A stretch of 32,399 nt of DNA from a virus. Lineage: Duplodnaviria; Caudoviricetes. The DNA lies in IMG/VR virus record IMGVR_UViG_3300044676_003071, positions 1-32,399 of that record. One strand, 5' to 3'. A program made the translations under genes and the position numbers. Positions 1 to 7,546 of this stretch are shown here, piece after piece; positions within the stretch are counted from its first letter, which is position 1; each line of letters starts with the position of its first letter. The notes below the pieces were generated by a model. It searched no databases. It worked only from the letters and a program-made list of their open reading frames with translations, and was not told the origin of the DNA.

Positions 1-51
1 GCCTGAACAAGCGCAAGGCCGGGTGTTCAGGCCTGTACGGGTTTCGGCCTG

Positions 52-89
52 TTTTCACTTTAGCCGTTTGACGCTAGGATGCAAATATG
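52..89 (+). promoter_or_regulatory. Putative promoter for a leaderless mRNA (TTTTCA-17-TAGGAT, ATG 6 nt downstream)
   Basis: TTTTCA 52-57, TAGGAT 75-80, ATG at 87 with no Shine-Dalgarno in between. Confidence 0.45.
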
Positions 90-1265
90 AACATTGAAAC
101 GTGGGCAATCGAAACCTTGCGCCCTGACTCGCGTAACGCGCGGAAGCACGGCAAGAGGAATTTGGCGACGATTACGGCGTCGCTCTCTCAATTCGGTCAG
201 CGCCGCGCAGCTGTCGTGCGTTCAGACGGGACCGTTCTTGCTGGCAACGGGATGCTCGAAGCGGCTCGGCAGCTGGGTTGGACGGAGCTCAGCGTTACGG
301 TGGTCCCCGACGATTGGTCGGACGAGGAGGCGCGCGCATATGCGCTTGCGGACAATCGGACCGGGGAACTTGCGGAGTGGGACGTCGCAGTCCTCGACGA
401 GCATCTGGTCGAGTTGGAAGTTGCCGGACTAGACATCGAGGCGCTCGGTTTCGAATCTCCTAATCAGGATAATCAGTCCGTTGACGAAGAGGACGTTCCC
501 GAGCCGCCCGAAGACCCGATTTCGGTGCTTGGCGATATTTGGAGAGTTGGTCCCCACAGAATCATCTGCGGCGATGCCTCCGAACCTGCGGTCCTTGACG
601 CTCTGCTAGAAGGCGTGACTCCGGTAGCGATGTGGACTGACCCTCCTTATGGCGTCTCTTATGTCGGGAAGACGAAGGACTCACTTCGAATTAAGAACGA
701 CGGCAAAGACCAGCTTCTTCAGCTTCTTAATTCCACTCTGCCGCTTTCCTTTGGTCTGCTGGAGCCAGGTAGTCCGTGGTACGTCGCCGCGCCTGCCGGA
801 CCACAAACCGCAGACTTCGTAGAGGTCGTCAAGCATTACGGTTGGCGGCAGACGCTCGCTTGGGTCAAGAGCAGCATGGTCTTGGGTCATAGCGATTACC
901 ACTACAAGCATGAGATTATTTACTACGGCTACACCGAGGGCGGCGCGGGTAGACGCGGTCGCGGTGGTTCGTCTTGGTATGGAGACAATTCCCAGACAAG
1001 CGTTCTTGAGTTTGATAAGCCGGGGAGGAACAGGGACCACCCGACTATGAAACCAGTTGAACTTATCTCGTACTGCCTTGGGAATTCTACGGGCCGGAAT
1101 GATGCCGTGATTGACCCGTTCGCTGGTTCGGGGTCTACTCTTGTGGCGTGCGAAAGCATTGGGCGTGTCGGATATGGCGTAGAACTCGACCCTGCGTATG
1201 TAGATGTTGTTGTTCGGCGGCTCGAGGAAGCGACGGGAGAGAAGGCGGTGAGATTGAATGGGTAG
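87..1265 (+). CDS. ParB-like N-terminal domain fused to an N4/N6 DNA methyltransferase (beta class)
   Basis: N-terminal NARKH...VLAGNG...ALADNRT resembles a ParB/Srx-type domain; catalytic TDPPY precedes HPTMKP and SAM-binding DPFAGSGST. Confidence 0.9.
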   Translation: MNIETWAIETLRPDSRNARKHGKRNLATITASLSQFGQRRAAVVRSDGTVLAGNGMLEAARQLGWTELSVTVVPDDWSDEEARAYALADNRTGELAEWDVAVLDEHLVELEVAGLDIEALGFESPNQDNQSVDEEDVPEPPEDPISVLGDIWRVGPHRIICGDASEPAVLDALLEGVTPVAMWTDPPYGVSYVGKTKDSLRIKNDGKDQLLQLLNSTLPLSFGLLEPGSPWYVAAPAGPQTADFVEVVKHYGWRQTLAWVKSSMVLGHSDYHYKHEIIYYGYTEGGAGRRGRGGSSWYGDNSQTSVLEFDKPGRNRDHPTMKPVELISYCLGNSTGRNDAVIDPFAGSGSTLVACESIGRVGYGVELDPAYVDVVVRRLEEATGEKAVRLNG

Positions 1266-1761
1266 CCGAGGTCCGCTTCCGAAAGAAGAGGGGAAGCGAC
1301 AGAACCGGCGTGCCCGTAGCAATCTGAAGCTCGTGGCCCAGCACGACCCCGATACCGTTCTGATACCGGAAGCGCCGGATGGCATTTCGGAGACTCAGCG
1401 CGAAGCGTGGGTTGCTTTCTTCTCTTCGGAGCTGGCGCAGCTGGTCAAATCAACAGACCTTCCGTCTGTTCGCAGGCTATGGGGTTACTACCAGCAGCAC
1501 GAGGATTTGACGCGCATCTTTGATAAGGGTCGGATGGTCGCCGGTTCGACGGGACAGCCCAGACTCAACCCGGCGCTGGATGGAATGGTGAAGCTCGAGA
1601 CTGCCATTCATCGTTTGGAGAACGAGCTCGGATTGACGCCTGCGGCTCGGATGCGTCTCGGAATCATGACTGCCGACGCCGCGCTATCACTTGACAGTCT
1701 TAACGAGAGACTGCAAATGGCGGCAGTCGATGAGGAAGAACTGTGGTCAGAAGTTGACTAG
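1258..1761 (+). CDS. Terminase small subunit (P27-like)
   Basis: MGSRGPLPK start, GSTGQPRLNPA and ELGLTPAARMRLG motifs; directly upstream of the large subunit. Confidence 0.85.
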   Translation: MGSRGPLPKEEGKRQNRRARSNLKLVAQHDPDTVLIPEAPDGISETQREAWVAFFSSELAQLVKSTDLPSVRRLWGYYQQHEDLTRIFDKGRMVAGSTGQPRLNPALDGMVKLETAIHRLENELGLTPAARMRLGIMTADAALSLDSLNERLQMAAVDEEELWSEVD

Positions 1762-3292
1762 GCGCAGACCCAAATACAGTCTTGGCTCCGACGTGGCAAC
1801 GTTCATCGAAGCCTTTCTTGTTCATGGGCCCGGCGACGTCTTCGGCCAACCTTTCCGTCTGACGCGCGAGGAGCTGCGCTTCCTTCTTTGGGCCTACGAG
1901 GTCGATTCCTCCGGGCAAAGAATCGTCCGAAGAGGCGTCCGAGGCCTACCAAAGGGCAGCCGCAAGACTGAGTTTGCTGCTGCCGTCGCGGTCGCTGAAA
2001 TGGCAGGTCCGGTTGTCTTCTCGCATTGGGAGGAGAAGCAGGGTCGCAAGGGCGCGCGTGGGATGCGACGACATGACCCCTATGTTGTTGCCGCCGCGTC
2101 GACCTACGAGCAGGCAGACCTCCTGTTCGGAGCTGCGCGGTCGATGATTGAGAACGGTCCGCTGAAGGAGTTCTTCGACCTCTTTGACCGCGAGATTCAG
2201 CTGAAGAATGAACCCGGCGTAATGGTGCGTGTGCCTGCCGTCGCTGGCGCAAACGACGGTCTGCGTCCTACTTTCTGTGTCTTCGATGAGACCCACGAGT
2301 GGACGGGAAACAAGCAGCGCGTGCATCTTGTTTTGGAGAATGGTTTGGCGAAACGGTCAGGCGCGTGGTCGCTGTCGATTACCACTGCCGGGAATCCGAA
2401 GGTCGAATCTGTCGCTTTGTCGCAGTACCAGTATGGCAAGCGCGTGGATTCTGAGGAGTTCGAAGACGAAAGCTTTCTATTCGACTGGCGCGAACCGAAG
2501 GTCAATCTTGATGCCCTTCAGGACGAATCCGTTCTGCGCGAAACGGTAAAGCACGCCAATCCCGAGCAGTGGAAACGAGTCGATGACCTTGTCGCGCGAT
2601 TTCGAGAGATTCCTCTGCACGAGTTTTGCCGGTATCACCTGAACCTTTGGGTCGAACCCGACGAGGAGCGCTGGCTGCCACCCGGAACATGGGACGACCT
2701 CGAATCCGACCGTGTCGTTGAACCTTCCAAGGACGTCAAGATTGTGCTTGGTTTTGATGGTTCATACTCGGGCGACTCTACGGCGCTCGTTGCGGCGACG
2801 GTCGAGGAGCAGCCGCATCTTTGGTTGGTCGGCTTGTGGGAGCATCCCGGTGGGAATGTGCCGTGGCAGGTTGACATCGACGATGTTGAGGCTGCCGTGT
2901 TCCGAATGTTTGAGCAGTACGACGTGGTCGAGATGTCTGCGGACCCCCCTTTTTGGTCGCAGCAGCTTCAGCGGTGGGCTGAGCTATTTGGGGAGGACCG
3001 CGTCATTGCTTTCAATACATTCGTGAGGAAGCGCATGGGGGCAGCGTGCTCGGCCTTCTATCAGGCGGTCACGCAGCAGTCTCTCACGCAGGACGGTTCC
3101 TCAGCGATGGCACGGCATTTGGATTCCGCAGTGCTAAAGGAGACGGCGCAGGGCGCGTACATCACTAAAGAGTCAAAGCAATCACCGCGTAAGATTGACG
3201 CTGCAATCGCCTGTGTCATCGCCTACAACCGTGCCGCTTGGCATCATGCGAATCCGAAGCGGCCTGCCAACGTCGGAGTTCTCGCCCTATGA
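1754..3292 (+). CDS. Terminase large subunit
   Basis: Walker A-like LPKGSRKTE, Walker B CVFDETH, nuclease LGFDGS and KIDAAIA. Start uncertain (TTG 1754, ATG 1730 or TTG 1691, all in frame). Confidence 0.93.
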   Translation: MTRRRPKYSLGSDVATFIEAFLVHGPGDVFGQPFRLTREELRFLLWAYEVDSSGQRIVRRGVRGLPKGSRKTEFAAAVAVAEMAGPVVFSHWEEKQGRKGARGMRRHDPYVVAAASTYEQADLLFGAARSMIENGPLKEFFDLFDREIQLKNEPGVMVRVPAVAGANDGLRPTFCVFDETHEWTGNKQRVHLVLENGLAKRSGAWSLSITTAGNPKVESVALSQYQYGKRVDSEEFEDESFLFDWREPKVNLDALQDESVLRETVKHANPEQWKRVDDLVARFREIPLHEFCRYHLNLWVEPDEERWLPPGTWDDLESDRVVEPSKDVKIVLGFDGSYSGDSTALVAATVEEQPHLWLVGLWEHPGGNVPWQVDIDDVEAAVFRMFEQYDVVEMSADPPFWSQQLQRWAELFGEDRVIAFNTFVRKRMGAACSAFYQAVTQQSLTQDGSSAMARHLDSAVLKETAQGAYITKESKQSPRKIDAAIACVIAYNRAAWHHANPKRPANVGVLAL

Positions 3293-3426
3293 TTGCTAGT
3301 CTGCTTCAGGCTATCGGTATCCTGACGGTTGCTGTCGGTGTCGGCATTTGGTCGACTCCGGCTGGCGTGGTCGTGGTTGGTCTAGGACTGCTGGCGTTCG
3401 GGCTGGCGGCTGAAAGGCGCGGTTGA
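3289..3426 (+). CDS. Small membrane protein (45 aa)
   Basis: ATGA overlap with the terminase stop; two hydrophobic segments (MIASLLQAIGILTVAVGVGIW...VVVVGLGLLAFGLAA). Confidence 0.7.
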   Translation: MIASLLQAIGILTVAVGVGIWSTPAGVVVVGLGLLAFGLAAERRG

Positions 3427-4724
3427 TGCTTGGCAGGCTCCTAGAGAACCGGGCAGGTTCTTTTCAGCAACTTTGGGGTAGCGCGGCAATCTTTGACCGT
3501 GGCACCGCGTCCGGCATCTCCATCACGCAGGACAAGTCGCTGGAGATTTCGACTATCTACGCGAGCGTCCGGCTTATCTCTGACACCATCTCGACGCTGC
3601 CGGTCGACCAGTTCATCCGCGAGGATGGTGCGCGTCGTCCTTACCGTCCGCGTGAGGAGTGGGTGCAGCGTCCGAACATGATGGTGGACCGCACGACGTT
3701 TTGGCAGCAGGTGATGGTGTCGCTGCTGCTCGACGGCAACGCCTTCATCCACATTCTCCGTGACGAGCAGGGCGCGATTCTTGAACTTCACGTCCTGAAC
3801 CCGAACGATGTCGAAGTGCTGTCGGGACGCCGCTACCGGGTCGTTCATTCCAATGTGACGCTGGGACGCGACGAGATTCTCCACATCACGGAACTTCTTC
3901 TGCCCGGTCATCTGCGTGGCGTGTCGCGCATCGACAAGGCGAAGGAGTCGCTGGGACTGTCGCAGGCACTCACCGAGTTCTCCGCACGCTTCTTCGGAAA
4001 CGGAGCGTATGCAGGAGGCGTGATTGAGTATCCGGGCGACCTGACTCCCGAACAGCAGCAGATGCTCCGCGACTCGTGGGACGGCGCGCACCGTGGCGTG
4101 AACCGTTCTCACCGTCCTGCCGTTCTGTTCGGTGGCGCGAAATACACCCCGACGATGGTGAACCCGTCGGACTCGCAGTTGCTCGACGAGCGCAAGTTTG
4201 CCGTGCAGGAGATTGCACGCATCTTCCGTGTGCCTCTGTTCATGCTGTCGGTGTCGGAGCCGGGTGCCGTTTCTTACGCTTCTGTCGAGCAGCAGATGCA
4301 ATGGTTCGTGTCGACGACCATTCAGACTTACGCGCAGAAGTTGGAGACCGCTTTCTCGCAGCTCCTGACGCGCCGCGACTCTTTCATCAAGTTCAACCTG
4401 AACTCGCTGGTCCGTGCGGACCTTCAGACTCGCACCGCCGCGTATTCGTCGGCGCTGTCTGCCGGGTGGATGTCGGTGAATGACGTGCGTGGGCTGGAAG
4501 ACCTGCGTCCGGTCGAGGACGGAGACCAGTATCGGGTGCCGCTTCAGAACGTGCCGCTCACCGACGCTCCCATCATCACGATTGCGGAGAAGGCGAAGGC
4601 AGCGCAGGCGCTTACGACCGCAGGGTTCACGGGCGATTCGATTGCTCGTCTTCTTGACCTGCCGCTGGAGCACACCGGGCAGGCTTCGGTTCAGGTGCAG
4701 CCGATGATGGAAGGTGAAGGCTGA
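3426..4724 (+). CDS. HK97-family portal protein
   Basis: LLLDGNAF, ARFFGNGA, EIARIFRVP, SVNDVRGLEDL motifs; position after terminase. Confidence 0.95.
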   Translation: MLGRLLENRAGSFQQLWGSAAIFDRGTASGISITQDKSLEISTIYASVRLISDTISTLPVDQFIREDGARRPYRPREEWVQRPNMMVDRTTFWQQVMVSLLLDGNAFIHILRDEQGAILELHVLNPNDVEVLSGRRYRVVHSNVTLGRDEILHITELLLPGHLRGVSRIDKAKESLGLSQALTEFSARFFGNGAYAGGVIEYPGDLTPEQQQMLRDSWDGAHRGVNRSHRPAVLFGGAKYTPTMVNPSDSQLLDERKFAVQEIARIFRVPLFMLSVSEPGAVSYASVEQQMQWFVSTTIQTYAQKLETAFSQLLTRRDSFIKFNLNSLVRADLQTRTAAYSSALSAGWMSVNDVRGLEDLRPVEDGDQYRVPLQNVPLTDAPIITIAEKAKAAQALTTAGFTGDSIARLLDLPLEHTGQASVQVQPMMEGEG

Positions 4725-4996
4725 TGGCGATTCAGTCAGGACGGCAGACCATTGGAACTGCCGCGACAGCAATCGACGCCTCTTCCAATATGCATTGGCA
4801 ACTCATCATTCACAATGACGACAACACCGCAGATATTTACGTCGGTGGGCCAACGGTTGGGACGGCGACTGGTCTTGCGGTCAACAAGTTGGAGAACATC
4901 CAACTGAGTCTTGCACCGGGCGACCAAGTTTATGCGGTGTCTTCATCTGCGTCGCACACGATTTCGTGGTTCAAGATTGTGAATCATCCATCCTAA
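4724..4996 (+). CDS. Hypothetical beta-rich protein (90 aa), possibly virion-associated
   Basis: TGATG/TAATG coupling to both neighbours; IIHND...IYVGG..V...TG pattern. Confidence 0.7.
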   Translation: MAIQSGRQTIGTAATAIDASSNMHWQLIIHNDDNTADIYVGGPTVGTATGLAVNKLENIQLSLAPGDQVYAVSSSASHTISWFKIVNHPS

Positions 4997-6528
4997 TGCC
5001 GTACTTCATTTCTGACCAGAACCCGGATTGCTCCGGTTGGGCCGTTGAGAAGGAAGACGGCGAGGTAATCGGGTGCCATACGACGAAGCAGGAGGCGGTT
5101 GCGCAGATGGTTGCTGTTTCTATCGCTGAGGACATGGAACCGGGTGGGGAGCGTGCTGCGCCGGACGAACTTGCTGAGGGGGACTTCGTCCGCTGGAACT
5201 CGTCAGGTGGTACGGCGCGCGGTCGTGTCGAACACATCATGCGCGAGGGGACGCTTGGCGTGCCGGATTCTTCCTTCTCCATCAATGCGACCGCCGACAA
5301 TCCTGCCGCGCTCATTCGCATCTACCGTTCCGTCCGTGACGGCTGGGTCGAGACGGAGACGCTTGTCGGGCATCGGTTCTCGACGCTAACGAAGATTGAG
5401 CCGCTGCGCGAGCCGACTCCCGAGTCTGAGGACCGGCAGGTCGACCTTACGCTGCCCGACTACATTCGTGCGGCTGCGTCTCGCGGTCTAGAGTTCTACC
5501 GCGATGGTCTTGGTGGCGACGGTCTTGTCGAGCGGACGATTCGTGAGGCGCGTGCGATGGCGCGCGGCGAGGTGTCTGAAGACAAGGTGATTCGTGTCGC
5601 AGCATGGGCGGCACGGCATGAGCCTGACCTTCGTGCTGATGGTGCGAAGCCGGGTGAGGACGGGTTCCCTACTCCGGGTGCGGTCGCCCATTATCTGTGG
5701 GGGATTCCGACTGGTGATAGATACGATGACGCGCGCGCCTTTTGGGAGCGGAAGGCGACGCAGGTCCGTGAGGAAGAAGGACGCAGCATGATTGAGGCAA
5801 CGCCTGTGGAGCCGCGCAGCAAGAAGTCCGGCATCGAGTTCCGTCAGGTCGACGGCGAGATTCGCGCACTCGACGGTGAGGGCAACCGTTTCGTCGGTTA
5901 CGCGGCGGTGTTCGACTCCGACAGCGAGAACCTTGGCGGTTTCGTCGAGCGCATCCGTCCGGGGGCGTTTGCTAAGACGCTGCGGAACAAGCGCCGGGAT
6001 GTCCGCGCCTACGTCAATCACGATTCCAACATGGTGCTCGCGTCGTCGCGTTCCGGCACGCTGTCGATGTCAGAGGACGACCGTGGGCTGCGTGTCGAGT
6101 TCGACCTGCCCGATGGCGTGTCGTATGCGTCCGACCTTCGCGCCCTGATGAGTGCAGGCATCGTCGACAAGATGAGCTTTGGATTCACCATTCCGCGCAA
6201 GGGCGACGAGTGGTCTGACGACGGAACGCGGCGCGAGCTGCGCGAGGTCATTTTGCATGAGGTGAGTGTTGTGACTGGTCATCCTGCGTACACGGCGACG
6301 GCTGCGAACGTGCGGAGTCTTGACGCGCTTGCGAAGCGCACGGGTCTCGCGGTCGAAGATGTGAGTGCGACGCTCGACGCGCTTGCGGACGGTGAGGAGA
6401 TTGACGCGGAGAAGGCTGACGCGCTCATCGCCGCCATCAAGGGTTCGGTCAAGCAGCCGGAGCCGGACCTCTCGCTGCTCGGGCTGAAGGCGAAGCAGAC
6501 GGAGCTGCTGGCGAAGAAGGTCTTTTGA
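4996..6528 (+). CDS. HK97-type prohead protease with a ~265-aa multidomain N-terminal extension
   Basis: C-terminal half has FVGYAAVFD, YVNHD (His), DKMSFGF (Ser), LHEVSVV (Glu); ATG 4996 overlaps the upstream TAA. Confidence 0.9.
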   Translation: MPYFISDQNPDCSGWAVEKEDGEVIGCHTTKQEAVAQMVAVSIAEDMEPGGERAAPDELAEGDFVRWNSSGGTARGRVEHIMREGTLGVPDSSFSINATADNPAALIRIYRSVRDGWVETETLVGHRFSTLTKIEPLREPTPESEDRQVDLTLPDYIRAAASRGLEFYRDGLGGDGLVERTIREARAMARGEVSEDKVIRVAAWAARHEPDLRADGAKPGEDGFPTPGAVAHYLWGIPTGDRYDDARAFWERKATQVREEEGRSMIEATPVEPRSKKSGIEFRQVDGEIRALDGEGNRFVGYAAVFDSDSENLGGFVERIRPGAFAKTLRNKRRDVRAYVNHDSNMVLASSRSGTLSMSEDDRGLRVEFDLPDGVSYASDLRALMSAGIVDKMSFGFTIPRKGDEWSDDGTRRELREVILHEVSVVTGHPAYTATAANVRSLDALAKRTGLAVEDVSATLDALADGEEIDAEKADALIAAIKGSVKQPEPDLSLLGLKAKQTELLAKKVF

Positions 6529-6552
6529 CCGGCTCTTTCTAAACTTGCCCAC

Positions 6553-6662
6553 AATCGGCCGATATCCGCTGAACTAGGCCGCGTTTGCGACTTGACACTG
6601 CGACGCTCCTTGCTGTACCCTTCTCTTACACGGGGACGGACCCCGGAGAGGAGAACAGCAAG
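6553..6662 (+). promoter_or_regulatory. Promoter P1 with upstream conserved motif, 5' hairpin and RBS
   Basis: AATCGGC 6553, TATCCGC 6563, GAACTAG 6571, TTGACA 6592-6597, 18-bp spacer, TACCCT 6616-6621, CGGGG/CCCCG hairpin 6631-6645, GAGAGGAG RBS; same layout at 24284 and 27914. Confidence 0.85.
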
Positions 6663-7025
6663 ATGGAGACCACGACCGACACGACGGAGCAGACGGTGAC
6701 GCTCTCCGTGCCGACGATGTTCTGGGCCGACCACTACCACCGCGCTTCGGATGACGGGCAGCCGGTGGGCACGCCGGTCAAGGAGGGTCCGAAGAAGACG
6801 ACGGTCGTCTTCGACACCGCCGACGCGCTGCACAACTTCATGCAAGACGCCGCCTACTACACGGACACATGGAAGGGTGGCGAGTGGCGGCGCGACGACG
6901 ACCCGTGGCTCTACTCGCTGGGCCGCTCCGCGAACACGACCAAGGAGTTCATCCGCAAGAACCGCCCCGACCTCTGCGAGGAGTTCAACGCATCACGCTG
7001 GGCCGGTCCGTACATCCGCTACTGA
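6663..7025 (+). CDS. Hypothetical protein (120 aa), moron gene 1
   Basis: ATG 6663 after a strong RBS; C-ending codon bias; no family recognised. Confidence 0.8.
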   Translation: METTTDTTEQTVTLSVPTMFWADHYHRASDDGQPVGTPVKEGPKKTTVVFDTADALHNFMQDAAYYTDTWKGGEWRRDDDPWLYSLGRSANTTKEFIRKNRPDLCEEFNASRWAGPYIRY

Positions 7026-7084
7026 GTCGAAACCCCTTCGGGGGTCAGCCGGACCTCGCCTACCGGCTCTGATGAGACAGGCGA
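7026..7084 (+). ncRNA. Type II hammerhead ribozyme with loop I/3'-tail pseudoknot; predicted cleavage after C7046
   Basis: GUC(7026-28)-GAAA-CCCC UUCG GGGG-UC^-AGCCGG[ACCUCGCCUA]CCGGCU-CUGAUGA-GAC(7076-78); UCGCCU 7056-61 pairs with AGGCGA 7079-84; all core nucleotides canonical. Confidence 0.92.
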
Positions 7085-7103
7085 ACGAGAGGAGACAGAA
7101 ACA

Positions 7104-7400
7104 ATGAAGGCCCACCGCATCGACAACCCGAATGTCGCCATCTCCCACGATGACCCGTGGGCATACCGGATTGCGCCCGGTCTTTATGTCCTAGGCCCGG
7201 TCGCCATCAGCCGCGAGTGCCACAACTTGTCGTGCGACTGCGACCGATACTGGGTGCGTCTGCGCCTAGACGACTATGCCGGTGGCGAACTTGGGGACAG
7301 CCTCGCTGAGTTTCAGACGCTGGACGTTGCGGCAGAGTTCGCATACGCACATCTTGCCATTCACGGCACGACCGAGCAGCGCGGCCTCTACGCGCGCTGA
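7104..7400 (+). CDS. Hypothetical protein (98 aa), moron gene 2
   Basis: GAGAGGAG RBS 7087-7094; contains CHNLSCDC; followed by a terminator. Confidence 0.75.
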   Translation: MKAHRIDNPNVAISHDDPWAYRIAPGLYVLGPVAISRECHNLSCDCDRYWVRLRLDDYAGGELGDSLAEFQTLDVAAEFAYAHLAIHGTTEQRGLYAR

Positions 7401-7413
7401 AGATTCCGGCTCC

Positions 7414-7449
7414 GACGGACCTCTGCTTCGGCAGGGGTTTCGTCTTTTT
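7414..7449 (+). terminator. Intrinsic terminator closing the moron
   Basis: GACGGACCTCTGC-TTCG-GCAGGGGTTTCGTC stem followed by TTTTT. Confidence 0.85.
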
Positions 7450-7546
7450 CATGAGGTAGCATTTCTTCACGCGCCCTACCCACGGGACCGGCACACCCTT
7501 CACGGGAAGCCTCACAATCCAATCCATTCCCACAGGGAGAATCCCA

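Noticed and set aside
87-460. ParB-like domain as evidence of a plasmid prophage
   Set aside because: It is fused to a methyltransferase, and no ParA or parS array was seen.
3441-4772. 443-aa minus-strand ORF, and similar ones at 7388-8359, 8764-9579 and 681-1385
   Set aside because: Antisense shadows of well-supported genes in GC-rich DNA, with no recognisable motifs; no minus-strand gene is supported anywhere in the window.
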